Source of the DNA: Coprobacillaceae bacterium
GTDB lineage: Bacteria > Bacillota_I > Bacilli_A > Erysipelotrichales > Coprobacillaceae
Reading direction: 5' to 3'
DNA: 32,000 nt
NCBI GenBank assembly: GCA_963675515.1
Contig: OY776328.1
Span: forward strand, 1,800,001-1,832,000
This document shows positions 30,582-32,000 of the stretch, piece after piece. A program made the position numbers and the translations under genes. Below the pieces are notes generated by a model, which was not told the origin of the DNA, did no database searches, and worked only from the letters and a program-made list of their open reading frames with translations. How positions within the stretch are numbered: position 1 is the first letter of the stretch; each line of letters begins with the position of its first letter.

Positions 30582-32000
30582 ATTTCAATGATGATTGGTA
30601 ATATCACTGGCCTTTTCCCAGTTTCCTTGGCGACATATTTAGCCACCTTGTCCTTTATTTGAGAACGGATCGTATTCACTTCGACATCCCCGTTATTTTC
30701 GTATTTTTCAACAGTTTTGTTCGTGATATCCATCATCGCATTGATAACGTGGGCACTATCACGCAGATATATGAAACCACGGGTCTGGATATCGGTATTG
30801 GCGAGGAGTTTGCGGGTCTTGCCATCGACAGTGACCCCGATAATAACAACACCATCGCTCGAAAGCTGGATACGATCATCGATAACCTTTTCACCGACAT
30901 CACCGATCCCAATCCCGTCAATCATGACATCCGGTATTTCAAAAGTATCACGGTATCCTGCCAGTTTAGATCCCTCAAAAGTGATCTGTTCGCCGTTGTC
31001 GATAATGACAATGCGATCATCCTTGATTCCCATCGACAGTGCAACATTCCTGTTGTCTATCAGATGCGAATAGTCTCCCTTGATTGGAATGTAGTATTTG
31101 GGTTTGAACAACTGCATGATGAACTTAATATCCTCAGATGACGCATGCATCGATGGCAATTGCCGGTTTTTCAGGATTTTAACATTCGCAGGTGTCTTGA
31201 ACAGCTCGTTTTGAGCTTTTGTCGCTATTTTTTCAGTACCCGGTATTACCGGCGATGCCACAACGACACAGTCTTCTTTCGTGAATTTAAGCAGGTCGTC
31301 GCCGCCATCGACAAGATCAACCAGATCGTGATAGATCCGGTGAGGCGCTCCAGTAAGCAAGACAACGATATTGTCATCTTTGACGATGTGCGACTTGTCG
31401 ACAACCACCTCATTGAGTTTTTCAAATATCGGCGGGTTGATCTTGTTGTTTATTCTCAAAAGCGTATTGGTCGTGTCATAGTTGTCACGGCCATAGAACA
31501 CAAGTTTGCGACGATACTTGCGACACAACTCGATGATTTCGCGAGTCCGATAGACGTTTTGGGCATAAGATGTAATGATTATCCGCCCTTGTGCCTCTTC
31601 AAAAGTGTGTTCGATCTGGTTGGTCAGCTTGTGCTTTGGTGATGTGTAACCCTCATTTTTGGCATAAGAACTTTCAACCATCAAAGCCAATACACCTTTT
31701 TTGCAGATTTCCATCATCTTTGTCATATCCAATGTGAAACCATTGGGCGCCGACAAGTCAACCAGAAATTCTGAACCGTATACGATATAACCGGCTTTTG
31801 TCGCGATTGCCAGCCCGACAGCACCAGGAATCGAATGGGTAACCGGGAAGAATTCAACCTTGATGCCACCGATGTCGACACTACTTGTTCCTTCAACAGT
31901 ATGCAAATCAAGTCTGATAGACTTTTTGTACTGTTTTTCGAATTTTTCCAGCATTTGTTCGATGAAATAACCGGTCAGACTCGGAGCGAAAACAGGAACG
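30578..32000 (-). CDS. rnj: Ribonuclease J, C-terminal ~470 aa. The gene start lies beyond the window.
   Basis: FPVTHSIPGAVGLAI and the beta-CASP plus C-terminal domain layout are present. The frame stays open upstream of the ATG at 31954 to the window edge (VPVFAPSLTGYFIEQ). Confidence 0.8.
   Translation of the reverse strand, partial: VPVFAPSLTGYFIEQMLEKFEKQYKKSIRLDLHTVEGTSSVDIGGIKVEFFPVTHSIPGAVGLAIATKAGYIVYGSEFLVDLSAPNGFTLDMTKMMEICKKGVLALMVESSYAKNEGYTSPKHKLTNQIEHTFEEAQGRIIITSYAQNVYRTREIIELCRKYRRKLVFYGRDNYDTTNTLLRINNKINPPIFEKLNEVVVDKSHIVKDDNIVVLLTGAPHRIYHDLVDLVDGGDDLLKFTKEDCVVVASPVIPGTEKIATKAQNELFKTPANVKILKNRQLPSMHASSEDIKFIMQLFKPKYYIPIKGDYSHLIDNRNVALSMGIKDDRIVIIDNGEQITFEGSKLAGYRDTFEIPDVMIDGIGIGDVGEKVIDDRIQLSSDGVVIIGVTVDGKTRKLLANTDIQTRGFIYLRDSAHVINAMMDITNKTVEKYENNGDVEVNTIRSQIKDKVAKYVAKETGKRPVILPIIIEI

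Overview
This window is a chromosomal segment from a low-GC Gram-positive genome (Bacillota). Gene order resembles Bacillus and Listeria, and some traits suggest an Erysipelotrichia- or Mollicutes-related lineage. The first 3 kb carries + strand genes: the 3' part of dinB, xerD, deoB and a small membrane ORF. From about 3.0 kb to the end almost everything is on the - strand. In order, that stretch holds purF coupled to three uncharacterised genes (DUF815 ATPase, UPF0210, ACT/UPF0237), a 2,025-bp IS1634-family insertion flanked by a perfect 40-bp direct repeat, and two tandem stand-alone PTS EIIB paralogs. Next come a Cof-type HAD hydrolase, a YfcE-type phosphoesterase (+ strand) and a small XRE regulator. 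An ~11-kb array with almost no intergenic space follows: parE-parC-yqeH-yhbY-nadD::yqeK(fusion)-rsfS-yqeM-like methyltransferase-mtnN-U32. The window ends with plsY (+ strand), a histidine phosphatase, yneF, ynzC, an inactive/active M16 peptidase pair, ftsK and the 3' part of rnj. I found no rRNA, tRNA or CRISPR array and no recognisable defence or toxin system. The observations most worth follow-up are: (1) a dif-like 11-6-11 palindrome exactly where gene orientation converges, suggesting a replication terminus; (2) a ~165-nt structured leader upstream of ynzC whose closing helix competes with an anti-SD:SD hairpin; (3) the ACT-UPF0210-DUF815-purF operon; (4) the duplicated orphan EIIB genes, each with its own promoter and terminator; (5) the IS insertion, which has a long target duplication, a duplicated host promoter and inward-facing terminators. 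All functional calls rest on motif recognition in the supplied translations. No database search was run.
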